Source of the DNA: Thalia democratica
Taxonomy: Eukaryota
Direction: 5' to 3'
DNA: 64,000 nucleotides
Assembly: GCA_965202585.1 (NCBI GenBank)
Contig: OZ241826.1
Coordinates: 31,124,001 to 31,188,000, forward strand
Of the stretch, positions 32,198-44,581 are shown piece after piece (within the stretch, counting starts at the first letter, position 1; each line of letters opens with the position of its first letter). The position numbers were made by a program, and so were the translations under genes. Under the pieces are notes generated by a model, which was given only the letters and a program-made list of their open reading frames with translations, was not told the origin of the DNA and did no database searches.

Positions 32198-33830
32198 GCA
32201 AGATCTGCATATTAAGGAGGCAGTCGAAAAGAGTGTTGAAGGTTGTCAAACACAGGAAAGTTTTAAAATTTGACTTTGTGGACATTTAAGCTAATAACAA
32301 TTTCAACACTGTCAGGCAAGACGTTAGAAAGGAAGCTGGAAAACTTGCCGAGCTTGTTTCCGGCAGTAGAGTTCGAGAGTATATAAAGAACTTGAATGAG
32401 ATTAAGGCAACCAAGTACTACCGCCTTCCAACCGTCATAGCAGCTTTTCTACTTGTCCTTAAGTAAGAAACAAAAGATGTTAACAGCTTTAGGCTGATGA
32501 CGATGTGAAAAAAAGAACTTGAGCAAGCAACACTGAAGTTGATGCAACTGGTGGTCGCCCTTATTGTTTGGATTTAATCATTTTCAGACACAGAAAATCT
32601 GGTGGAAGTAGCACCCGTAAGGAGAGCAGAAGGTTGTCAGGGGAATGGATTGAGGAACATGGATAGTAAAAGAGTGAGGGAGTACCTCGAGGGTTTGGAT
32701 GGTAGCAAGGAGGTCAAGAACCACAAATACTACCTCCTTTCAACCGCAGCTGTATTTCTTTTTTCCTTGAGCCAGGCACGGAAGAAGTCAGCAGCTGTAG
32801 GCCCATGACGTTGCCGTACAGTGTTTTGTGCGAAGAGGTAGCAGTTTATCCAGCAGACAGTAGTGGAGCTGAAGAAAAGAACAAGCATAATTGGATTGCA
32901 ATCATTGCTGGTTGTATTGCGGTCGTTGTTATGGTGGCTTGTTGGCTGTACTTCAAGAAGAAAAATAAAGCTCAAATTGGTAAAGATAATATTTAAACAT
33001 TATTTATTACTTTTCTAAGTAATAAAATGTATGTCAGGAGACAGAGTTTGACATGTACTATGGCATTGTTAAAGAAAAAGCTGCCAGTGTTGGCTGTGCA
33101 GAATTTTTACTAAATTCTGGGTTAAAAAAGGTCAGTAGCTGCAGGTCAATGCTAAAAACTTATAGAATCGTTTGTGAAAAGGATCCAAACGTTTCACCAA
33201 GCAGCAATTGGGCTGAATAAGAGAAGAACCACCATTGGAATGCAATAGTTGTGGTCCTTATAGCAGGTGGTTGTCCTGATAGTAGTCTTGTTGGATGCAT
33301 TATAAGAGGAAAAATTATGTTCAAGTAAGTAACACTTTAAAACATTTTGTACAATTTTGGTAAATCTTATAGAATGTAATTATTCAAATCTTACAAATTG
33401 CTTTGGGCTGTTAAACAAATAAATCAAACAGTGTTTAAATATAGCTACATATTATTCTGAACATTTTGTAAAGGCAGTTCCTTATGTACAATTTTACTTT
33501 TTCATTATATTTGTACACCATAATTTTCAAAACTTGTTGTTTGATTTTAATAATTTTCAGGCGCAGAAAATCTTACATAAGTAGAGGTGGCACCCGCAAG
33601 GAGAGCAGAAGGTACGTGTCAGGGGTTTGAGGGACGTAGAAGGTAAAAATGTGAGGGAGTATGTTAAAACTTGATTGAAAAGAGGTCAAGTACCACAAGT
33701 ACTTCAACAGCAGGCAGCGGGTACATTTATTTTCTTCTCATTCAAATGTCAGCAAAAGAAAAGGTAAGTAGTTGTAGGTTCATGACATTGCTGTATAGTG
33801 TTGTCTTCGAAAAGAAGATAAACTTTGTTG
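32198..33830 (+). pseudogene. Cluster of ectodomain/TM exon paralogs (32308-32465, 32588-32979, about 33060-33325, about 33561-33830) plus an E3 relic at 32198
   Basis: 32588-32979 has splice sites and encodes ..EGCQG..(frameshift)..SCISFFLEPGTEEVSSCRPMTLPYSVLCEE..TM..KKKNK, homologous to 46084-46523 (GC..SCRPM..SVVCE..TM); the other copies are more decayed. Confidence 0.7.
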
Positions 33831-36800
33831 CAGTAACTACATTAAACATGCTTTAAAATTGTGATAGAAACAACCAACTGTTCAGTTTTAATTCATATTT
33901 TGGGAACAGTAATAAACGAATACTAATTTAAAAACTAATTTATTTACAATTTTTTTTCTCTCTGACAACAAAGCATTGAAAAGACCTTTAGCAAGCATCT
34001 TTAAGGATATTTTGACTCAATCTAAAAGATGTTTGTTTAAAATAAGCTAAAAATGACTGCAGCCATTAGAGTAACTTTACACAGAAATAACTTTTCATTG
34101 TTATTCAGGCAAAGAAAGTTGTTGTACAGAGAGCAGAACTAAACAAAAATGTTTATTCACATATAACAAGCTTACTAATAAAACAATGAAAAAATTCTAT
34201 AGCTAAGGTTTAAAAAGCTAACTTGTTATTTTACTAAAATGTTCTCTGCTAAATGACTCTTGTGAAAAAACAACATATATTCTTAATCTAGACACAGTTT
34301 GTTTAGAAGACTATATAAGTCTACAAGATTAAGTTGTTGATATATTCTTCAATGAAACTGCAAGCAAACTTTAATAATATTAAAGCTACTATTACATAAG
34401 CTGACAAGCTCTGTATTTCTGTGGAAAGAAAATCTTTAACTTAATTTAGTTTAAATCTAAGGAGTAAAAAATCAATTAATAAAAGAAAATTAAAACTTTA
34501 AATTTGAAAATATCTAAATAACAAGAAGCATGCATAGTCCTAAGAAATAAATTCAAAATGAATTGTAAAGAGAATTTTTATTAAAAAAAAGTAATTTGTT
34601 TGATTATTACGTCACTATGCTCTGAGAGCTTTTTAATACTCTTCTGGTTTTATAGCGTTCTAGAATATACTTAAGTTTAAACCTTGTTTTAGCTAAATAT
34701 CACATATTCTTTCTCTACTTATATTCTAAGATCATGAACTAACACCATTTCTGTTAACTAAAATAAAAAATCTTATGATGACAAGAACTAATAACACGTT
34801 TTGAATTTTGAGAACCATTTAAAGAGTTTAAGTTCTTAAGCTTAAAGAAATATTGATTAAGTGTATATGCTACATATTTATGTATAACTTTTAATATTGC
34901 AAATTTGTTGACTATTATAATAAATACTTCGTGTTAAGTTTATCTGAGATAACATAAACTACATAGTATAAAAAATCATTTTATTTGATTAATAAATGTA
35001 TACTTTTTCCAACACAAGATTTGTTCTAACCTACAACAGCAACTTTTAATCTCAAACAAAAAAGTACCATACATCAAAAATAAACAAGAATAATTCTCAA
35101 AGTTTTATTTCTTTGATGTTTCCAAGACTTTTTAAAAAAAAATTTTGTACACTTATTCAAGTAGCTTTATAATAAAGTTCGGTCAATAAAAAAAAGAACC
35201 ATGTGGTAATTTCAAAATGAATCTAAACTACGTTTAAGTGAAAAGGGAATTAAATATTTTATAAAATCCATATTTTTAGGTCTAACCAAGGATCAAACTT
35301 TAGTAAAGTTTAAGAATATATGCAATAAAACCAAATAAAATAGTTCCAGTAATAACCAAATTTATCAGACTTTATGTAGTAACTCTTGATGTATTGATCG
35401 TTTTCTATTAGAAAAAGGTGTTTTTTCAAATAAAAGTTAATCAAGTTAAGCTTTGTTTTATTGTAACAAGTTATAGATGTCTAGTAAATTGTAATATATT
35501 TGTAAAAGTTAAATAAAAGGTAAGTAGACCTTCACATCAGCTAAAACAGTTTAGGAAAAATAATAAGTCTTTATGAATCTTATAAGGATTAAATTATAAG
35601 TCTTATAAGGACTATTTTCTTTTATATTTTTACAATATACTAAACATATAATATACATAATAAGATAATTATTTAGAAACATACATATGTGTGGTCCTAG
35701 TTAAGAGTTTTCATAATCTTCAAAGGTTCACTAGGTTAAGAACATTTTTCAAAAGTGAATGTAACAGGTAAAAGAAGGTTCGTAAATAACAGTACCAATT
35801 TATTAGTAAAATTATACATAATATAGTGTAAAAAGGTTAGGTTTTGGTCGAAAAAATTGTATAAATAGTTTTTGAATTAATTAAAATGCAATAAGTAAAT
35901 TTCTAATAAAAAGTTATAGTTGTTACTTTACAATAGAAGGTGATGTTCGTAAAACTTACAAAACTTTTAATACTTAAGTGTTTTTGTTTCAATCTACGAA
36001 TATCTGAAGGTTTTGAATAATGTTTTGTTTATATTGTTTTCCCCACTAAAAATTAAATATGTTATATATTCTCTATCATTAGTAATATTAGTTATATACA
36101 GTTTAAACGACTAATACAGTCAGCGTTGAAATTTAAAAGTACAAACAGTTTTTATTTTAAGACGGTTTAGCTGTTTATTTTGATATTAAATTTGCTCAAC
36201 TAGTAAAATTAAAAGTTAAGAATTTTAAAAGGAATATCACTTTTTAACTAACCGAATATAACTTTATCCGAACCTTGAGTATAGTATTGTGATACTAGTT
36301 TTACATAAACAAGCATTACATTCAATATATACTAACAATAAAGAAAACAAAGTTTCATATCTTAAAAGTAGTGTTTGTGTATTTGTATAATAATTTTAAA
36401 CTCAACTGGTTCAATAAACTTTTTTTAAAGCATGAAATATTGAAAATAGTTAAAATTTTCTTAATATTTTGAAATTTCTTTTTAATGTTTAGTTTTAATC
36501 ATAGATCTGAAAAATGTGGCTTTCAAAGCAAACTTTTCTGGCATGTGATAAGTGTTTTGTTTATCCATTTAGAACTTCAACACTAATGCTTTAGGAAGTT
36601 AACTAGTACCTAAGTTTTGAGTAAAGCTAAAAAAGTTTCTTAATTATTACAAATGTTAAAAATAAAACAGTTTAACCATTCCAAAAATTTACAACAAAAG
36701 TTCTACCAAAATGTTTATAACAAAATTTAAATACTTTTGCATTTACTTTTCTGAGTTGTAAGTTATTTTAAAAAGCCAAGTTACTGTATTTGTAATTTTT

Positions 36801-37293
36801 CAACAAATGTAATTAATTAAATTGAGTTTTAATATATGTTTTTACTTAGACGTGCTTACAAATACGGTTTAAAAACATTAGATTAATGTAAGAAAAGGTA
36901 CTTTTGTTCCTTAACATAAGCTTACAAGATGTTTGTCTTAATTTAATTTAAAAGTACATTAAAAAAACTAGAACTTAACTTGCTGAAAAATAAACATTTC
37001 CATGCTAAAAAAACATTATGCTAAATAGAAATTAAAATCAGTATTAATTAATTTCTAAAGTATTTGATTCCAATCTGAGTATAACATTTTCTAGCCCAAT
37101 TAAAAAAAACTTAGATTATACACTAAGTTACAGTATATAAAGTCACAACACTATAAATAAGAAGCGAGTAACCTTCGGCCTGCGGGTCAAATTCTATCCG
37201 CATTTTTCGCTAGAAAACATGTGTTAAAAATAAGATTGCGTTTTGTTTAACAATTATTTTGATATACACCTTTAATTCCATTTTAGTACACAG

Positions 37294-38936
37294 CAGTGGC
37301 GATGCTTAGTATATTTGTTAGGGAGCGGGTCAGAATAGCACGGCGTCACTTTAACACGGTGCGTAACTTAAGCACGGTGCGTCACTTTAGCACGTCATCA
37401 TTTTAGCTCAGTGCACTACTTTAGCACAGTGGATCACTTTAGCATGGCATCACTTTATCACCAAGCGTCATTTTTGCACTCCTTCTTTCTCTTCTATTTT
37501 TGCTTGATGGGTCTTTGAAAAAAGTTTTTTTTGACTGAGAGTTATTTCGGACAAATACGTTTTAAAAATTCATTTGAAAGTTTTTCGATAATACATTTTT
37601 GATTATAAATACTTAGAACTCTGTAATATATAAAAATTGTGTTTAATAACTAAACTGAAAATTAAAAGTAAATAAGCGTAAGATTCGTGAAAAATTAAAA
37701 ATTAATGTACATTTTAATTTTGGAAATAGTTTAATAGTTTTTTTTATATAGTTTTTAGTAAAATTTAATCGAAAACAAGTTTATGTTGTATGAAACTAAG
37801 CTCAATACTTGAAAAATATAGTTGTTTCAAAAAATTTAGAATAAATTTTCATGTTTTTCGGTCAGTTTAGTTAAGTTTATAAGGTAAAATTTAATTAAAT
37901 AGTGTTAATATTTGAAAGCCTTTCTTAGTTTTACTGTACTTTCAAGCCTAAGAAAAAATAAAACTTTATAATGTCAAATTTATTATATTACCATATGGTA
38001 TAAAGAATAGAAAAATCATTATACATATATTACAAAATCAGTAAATAATAATACACTAAGAGTATCTAAAAACAGACCTTAAATTGTTCTTAAATAGTTT
38101 TGCTACTTTGTACTCTTGAGTTTTTTTTTACAAAGTTTTGAAAAATCTCCGCTTTCTTTTAATTTTTAAAAATACATTTTGGTATTGATTAGTTATCATC
38201 TTTACTATCTTACCGTATTATTTATTATTCACTAAGTTTAAAATAAACTTTTTAAACTAAATATGATTGTTAAGTAACAAATTTTAACATTTTAAGGTTT
38301 GATATTAAATAGTGTTAAAATATTTAACACTATCAAATCTACAAAGTACTATAATATAAAAAAATAAGTTTTCTTTAAAAAACTAATAGACAATTAAAAA
38401 AAAAGTCTAATTGAAGCTTAGCAATTCGAAAAACTTAGAATAATAACAGTTAAATCAATTAAACTAGAAGTTCCATAAATCCTTTTATTGAAAAGCTTTA
38501 GTTCTTGCAAAAATAAAGCTTCATGCAAAATTGACCCAACGTGCTAAAGTGACACCGTGCAAAAGTTACCCCCGTACTAAAGTTACCGTGCAAAAGTGAC
38601 GCAAAGTGCTAAAATGACGCCATGCAAAAGTGACTCTCCGTGCCGAGTAACCCATCGTACTATAGTGACGACCCGTGCTAAAATGTCGCTGTGCCATTGT
38701 GACACCTTGCCGTTTGTTAAGGAGTGCGGAAAATGTACAAGGGATTAAAAAAAACTTAGTATGTTTTTTAAAACTCTTTTAATAAAATAAAAAAACGGTA
38801 ATTATAAAAAATTGTTTGTAAACAAAAGTTTATTAAGAAAATAGTAAGTTTAACAGTTATATAATGCTATAACAAGATTTTATATACTATTAGGTGGAAC
38901 ATCTGCTCCAATGCTCCATCCCACGCGACGCCCCTG
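37294..38936. mobile_element. hAT-like non-autonomous element with 8-bp TSD
   Basis: TIRs CAGTGGCGATGC / GCGACGCCCCTG; flanks GTACACAG (37286) and GTGCACAG (38937). Confidence 0.6.
37321..38711. mobile_element. Nested foldback/MULE-like element with subterminal tandem repeats (about 20 bp, CGTGC[T/A]AAAGTGAC)
   Basis: Inverted repeat arrays at 37340-37480 and 38520-38710; TTTGTTA on both flanks. Confidence 0.7.
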
Positions 38937-41161
38937 GTGCACAGTAGTTTATCAAAGTATCAAAACATCAAAACTTTGCTTTAAAAAGATTTTTAGCGTT
39001 GTAAAATATTTAAACTAAACAACGATTATGCGTCCACTTTTTTGAAGACCTGCAAGCAAAACTCTTTTTCTGATAAATCTATTTCGCAGACTTGAAAAAT
39101 CTCCTGCCCCAAATCTCAAACAAACGAAGTAGTATTTTTTTAATCTGAGTTTGATAAAGTTGGTCATAAAGTTTAATAAAAGTTGCGTATGATTAAAAGC
39201 AAGTTGTTAAGCTCAACTACAAATGATATGTACATTTTTCTTGTCTATAAAACTTTGGTTTTGAGTTTACCTGCGTTACAAATGTGAGCCTTTTAAATCT
39301 TCAATTGTGGTTTACAAGTTTTTATTGTCTTTAAATAATTTGTGTACTTCAAAACATTTTAATGACTGCGTTTGAATAATATTAAATTGGAATTTTAAAG
39401 GGTAATAATAGAGCTTATTTTATGAGCAATGGACGATAATTAATTGTTAAGCTAAATAACAATTTTATAATGTTTAGTTAAATGTTTTGCTCCTGCTGTT
39501 TATATTGCTTGGATGCTAGTTTAAATAAAATGTCTAAGTAAGATAGAAAGATAAGCGATTTTTTTCCAAACTAGGTAAGTTCTAATAAAAATTTTATCGG
39601 CGTAACAAATTTTCTGTTGCTAAATATTTTCATTATGACGTTTTGGCCTTAGAGTTGTGCAAAATTCCATTCTCAGTTTGGAATGCAAAGCATTACAAGA
39701 AGGTATTTTGAGTTTGTTATATATTATATGAAGAATGTTGTTATATTTGAAGTTATACTTGGAAAAGATTGAAACTTTTCATAAACGAAGACAACTAACT
39801 GATGTGAAGAAAGTACTACAAAATATAAGAGGATAGAACGTTTTGATTCATTATTGTTTATAAGCTTGCTTAATCTAAGTTAGTAGTTATTTGTTTTTTA
39901 ATAAGATATTTTTTTAGCTATGTGAGAAATTAAAATGATGTTTATATAATAGTTGTTTGTTTAAGGAAAAATTTTGCATATTATGTATGTAGTTTATCAA
40001 AACTCTAAACTATTTTCTAAAAGAGTTGATAAAAATGTTGTGGTTCTATAAGTGTGGTTGGGATATAGAAAACCTGTTTAAGTATAAGATTTTTAAAATA
40101 TGTTTAGTTTTAGTTGTACTTTTAAAAACTTGTAAAAGTTTTGTTGGTTGTTTGTAAGCAATTTGTAAGTAAGAATTGGTTATTAAATGTTAACATAAAC
40201 ATACTAAATAAACACAAGTTATATAGTTTTAAAACATTAAATACTTTACTAACTTGTTTGTTAAGTGCTTTTGTCATTAAAAAAAATCTACAGTAGTAGT
40301 AATACTAAATCTTCAGGTGAAGCTGTGAAATATCTTTGTTCGAATAAGCTTTAAACAACTAAACTGTTGATTTGCTTACTTACTTTGTTATTAGCTAGAG
40401 AACTTTGCTTTTAGTAAGCTAGCATTGAGCATTTTATTTGAGGATCTAGTAACACTATACTATTTGTCAAAATAACCTACAAAAAGTAGTTTGGTTGTAC
40501 ACTTTCTTTTTTCAGGATATATATTATTAGAAAAATATACTCTGATAAAACCTTTTTCATATTTGCTTTGGGTAGTCTGCTAATTTTTTTAAATATGATT
40601 TTTTAACAAAGTTTAGTTTTTTACAGGTCATACATAATTATACTTTAGTAAGCTGTAAACATCAAATTGTTCACTTTGTAACTAAAACAATGTATTAGGT
40701 ATGTAGATAGAAATAGCTTTACAAAGTGGTAATATAATAGTTCAGTAAATATTCTTACAAAACTTGTAAGAGTCTATTAGTCACAAAACTTTTTTGTTGG
40801 TAATAATTTTATATTTTTTTTACAACAAAAAGGTAAAGCCATAGAAACTGTAACACACCTTTAACTTGTAAACTATTCTTGATCATTAAAATTATTAGTT
40901 TTTGTTGGTGCTGCACTGTTTGAAGTAGTTGATTTTTATTTAGAAATTTATGTTCAAAAATACTTAATCTCCCATATGATAAATTTTGCTTTTTATGGTT
41001 TTTAGCTTAAAGTATTGTATTCATTTATTATTAATAATCATGGTGTATCAACTGTCTTAAATATATTTTAATAACTACCGTTAACTTACTGTTACTTTTT
41101 GTTATAATATCACTGATTATTTAATGATGCTAAATAAGTTTTTAATATGAGTAATAGTTAA

Positions 41162-41400
41162 GTGCAAAAATGTTTTTTGTCTTGTTCACATTCAGTAAAT
41201 ACAAAGATTGGTACTTTCACTGCTTATACTGAACTATTTACTAAATGTGATGCTGAAAAAAGGTGCAAGGAAAAATGTGAAATATTAGCACCTATTACGA
41301 ATAAAAGGGATGCTCATAAAATTTTGAAGCTTTTTGAGAAAAACACTTTTGAAACAATATTAGTTTTCATGATCGTTCTAGATTATATTAGGTTTTAAAG
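41162..41400 (+). pseudogene. Inverted, internally deleted copy of the C-type lectin gene
   Basis: SHSVNTKIGTFTAYT..ILAPITNKRDAHKILKLF is joined directly to ILVFMIVLDYIRF (TM end), versus 42588-43307. Confidence 0.85.
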
Positions 41401-42587
41401 CACAAATAGTAGAGATAGAAAGTATTGTCTAATTGAGTGAAGTGGTATGAAAATAATCAGTACAATATGTCAAGCACTATTTACCACAACTAAAACTCAG
41501 TTTTTACTGATGCACTGATATTTTGCTCATTTAACCTTAGTATATTTAGTTTCTACTTTAGTAATCAAGATTACCAATGAGTATGATAGGCTAAACTCTG
41601 TTTTAAGTTTATCTCTTTCGTAGAAAATAGTTAAGATATTGTGGTTTGGCTTAAGATTATAATATTTATTTTTGTTTAAAAGTTTTAATCTTAATAATGT
41701 TAAAAAAAACATACTTTTTCTTACAAAAAATATTACTTGTTTTTTAAACTAAAAGTAGTTTAATATTTTAAACTTGTTTAGCTTTAAAATAGGAATACCA
41801 GTCATTATAAAATATTTTTCTTAAACTTAATTACTATAGATAAAAAGTTGTTTATTAACTTATACCAGGTATGTGATTAGCTTCTATTTCTAATTCGTCT
41901 ACTAAACTTATGTGTACACTTTTTAAAACATATAAGAATTTATTTCCAAAATATTTCAGTTTAATGAACACTGCAAGCTATCTAGCAGTTTGTTTCGTAA
42001 AGTTGTTGTTAGTTTTTTTTTTGTGGATTAAGAGCCATTTATCTTTGTAGTAGTTTTAAAAATTAATTGTTTAATGTACTGGGTTAAAAGTAACTTACTA
42101 CTCAAGTAGATACAATTGTCTATAATTTTAAACTTATCCTTAAATAACATTAATAACTAGTTACTTAATTACCTAAGCATAACAGAACTGATTAAGCAAC
42201 ACAAAGCTTTGGTTAGATTAGTAACAACATCAGTACACTATATTAAGTATTTTTAATCTATCAAAAGTACATAAAAAAAACTAATTATAATGTTTGTTAA
42301 TCTCAATTTATAAGATTAGTAAATTGCAATGGTATTTTTATTAAAAAAATTCGAATACAAAAATTAAGATCGAACTCATTCTGAAACCTCTGTAAGAAAA
42401 AAATAATTTTTTACGTGTTGCTTTTTAAGTTGTCACTGTTTTAATAAAAAAAGTCCATTTTATAGCTTGAAAAAAATTTCTTAAAAATTTTAAACGTTAA
42501 ATTTTATATTTAAACCTTTTAATTAAGGTATTCAAATCTACATATATACTAAAGTTTTGTAAGTAAAAGGAAATAGTATTGAAAAGC

Positions 42588-43577
42588 CTAATTTTTTTGA
42601 AGCTTATATTTTCCTTCATCTTTGAATGCAGTTCTTTTCAACATACCGATCTCTTCCCTCAATTCACCGATCTCCGTTTTCATTCTCCTAACTGATTGCC
42701 AACGAATGTAAGCCAAAATAACAAAAACCAGAATCAAAAGCAGGCCAATATCTGACGATACAAAAACACCATTAACACCAATTTCATTATCATCAAGTTC
42801 ACCATCTTGACTAATAGGTTCCGCTAAAGCCTTTTCAGCCGGCTTCAGGCACAGGTACTTGTGCTTCTTTTCGAAGAGGCACTTCCTATCCTGGCTCTTA
42901 ATTATGTAAGGCTTGCCTTCATGCGTGTGGGGCGCAAAAAGGGCTTCAGCGCAGTTGGTGGGCGACTTGAGAAAGTTGTAATATATCTTGCTGTGTTTCC
43001 TCTCATGCCACTTTACTCCATTAGAAAACAATTTCTTGTCCTCATCTTTCGTGTAAGTCACGTCCAAACCAACCCAATAGTCAGAAACAACATCAGTGCT
43101 GACGTCACACGTTGCGTTTTGTGAGTTTGATTTAAAAAGCTTCAGAATTTTATGAGCGTCCCTCTTGTTCGTAATAGGTGCTAATATTTCACCTCTTTCG
43201 TTGCACCTTCTTTCTGCCTCACATCTAGTAACATAATCAGTATAAGCAGTGAAAGTGCCCGTCTTTGTACTAACGGAATGTGAACAATGAGACATATTGT
43301 ATTGTATCTAAAAAAATTGTAGATAAAATTACATTTTCTACCACTAAATCTTAAAAAACTGTAACTAAATGTTTAAAAATATAAAATAATAGCTTTAAAT
43401 TACTTCCATTGTAAATAAAAACTAAATTATTTCATTTATTAGCAACACAATTAACTTCATTTTAGTTAAACTAACACGAGAAAACAGTTTCAAAAGTGTA
43501 CAATAAGCAAACAAAGTTTAAACAATTATATATACCAACAAAGCAAAGTAACCAGCTATGTAAACGATACGTTGCAT
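42588..43577 (-). CDS. Type-I transmembrane C-type lectin domain protein, 259 aa; exons 43577-43536, 43421-43404, 43307-42588
   Basis: Spliced N-terminus MQRIVYIAGYFALL-FLFTME-IQYNMSHC forms a signal peptide (all junctions phase 0, GT-AG). CTLD with C..C, YWVGL, terminal YLC; TM IGLLLILVFVILAYI; short heptad-like tail. Confidence 0.85.
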
Positions 43578-44581
43578 TGAGAAAATGGCCTTTTACGTTT
43601 TCTTTTAAATACTACACTATACAGAGAACATAGTTGTTTAAATCCATGAACAAATTTATAGTCTAGTTTAAAACTTTGCGTATTTTTTACATATTAACAT
43701 GTGCTTGTAAATTCTTTAAATTTTATATTTTTGCATGTTTTATTCAAAAATATTAAATGTTCTTTTATCTAAACCTAACAAAACCCTGTTTTACAGGTAC
43801 ATTTATTATTCTTTTAGAAAAACTAAAGTTTTTATCTAAAGTATGTTTTCACTTATCAGTTTTTCCGCATTTTTTTTGCTTCATTAATTTTTGAGTCAAA
43901 TGTGTAACAAATCTAATCATAACTTTTTGCTTTAGAAATAAATTTCAAGAAAAAAGTATAAGAAAGTATTGTTAACTGTAACTTTGTATAAGCAAACTCT
44001 GCATTGTAAAATTAAATATAATAAAACTTATATATTATTACAATTTTTACAGATTTATTTTATTAAGTGAAATGATGGCTTTGTTGAAAAACATCTTAGT
44101 GTTAGTTTCTTTTAAAACCTTTGTTTTTTTACTAAGACTATTTTATCAATACCTATATATAAGAAATTCAACACTAATTTTCTTATATTTGAAAAAGGTT
44201 ACTTATACAAGGTTTTATTTATATTTAATAGATTTGTTAGATCTCTGTAAAAAATTTAGTTTTAAAAACTTTCTTAAACTTATGTTTTTATTTTATTTTT
44301 ATCATTGATAAAAGGTATAAAATCGTTGTTGGTTGTGTTTAAAATATGCTAATAGCAACTAAACAACGACTAATTCTACCTAACGTTTTAAATTTACCCA
44401 AAGAACATTAAGTTTCAATGTTTAATACAAAAAGTTTCAATAATTGTTTACGATAACGACACATATAGAACAACATGAGTATTATTTTTTTATTTCACCT
44501 AAATTTAATTTCAAAAAATGATAAACCAAAACTTAAACAATAATTTAATTTCAGTACTTTATTTGCAGGTTTGGATTATTG

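Noticed and set aside
42861-43124. 87-aa plus-strand ORF
   Set aside because: Antisense shadow of the C-type lectin exon.
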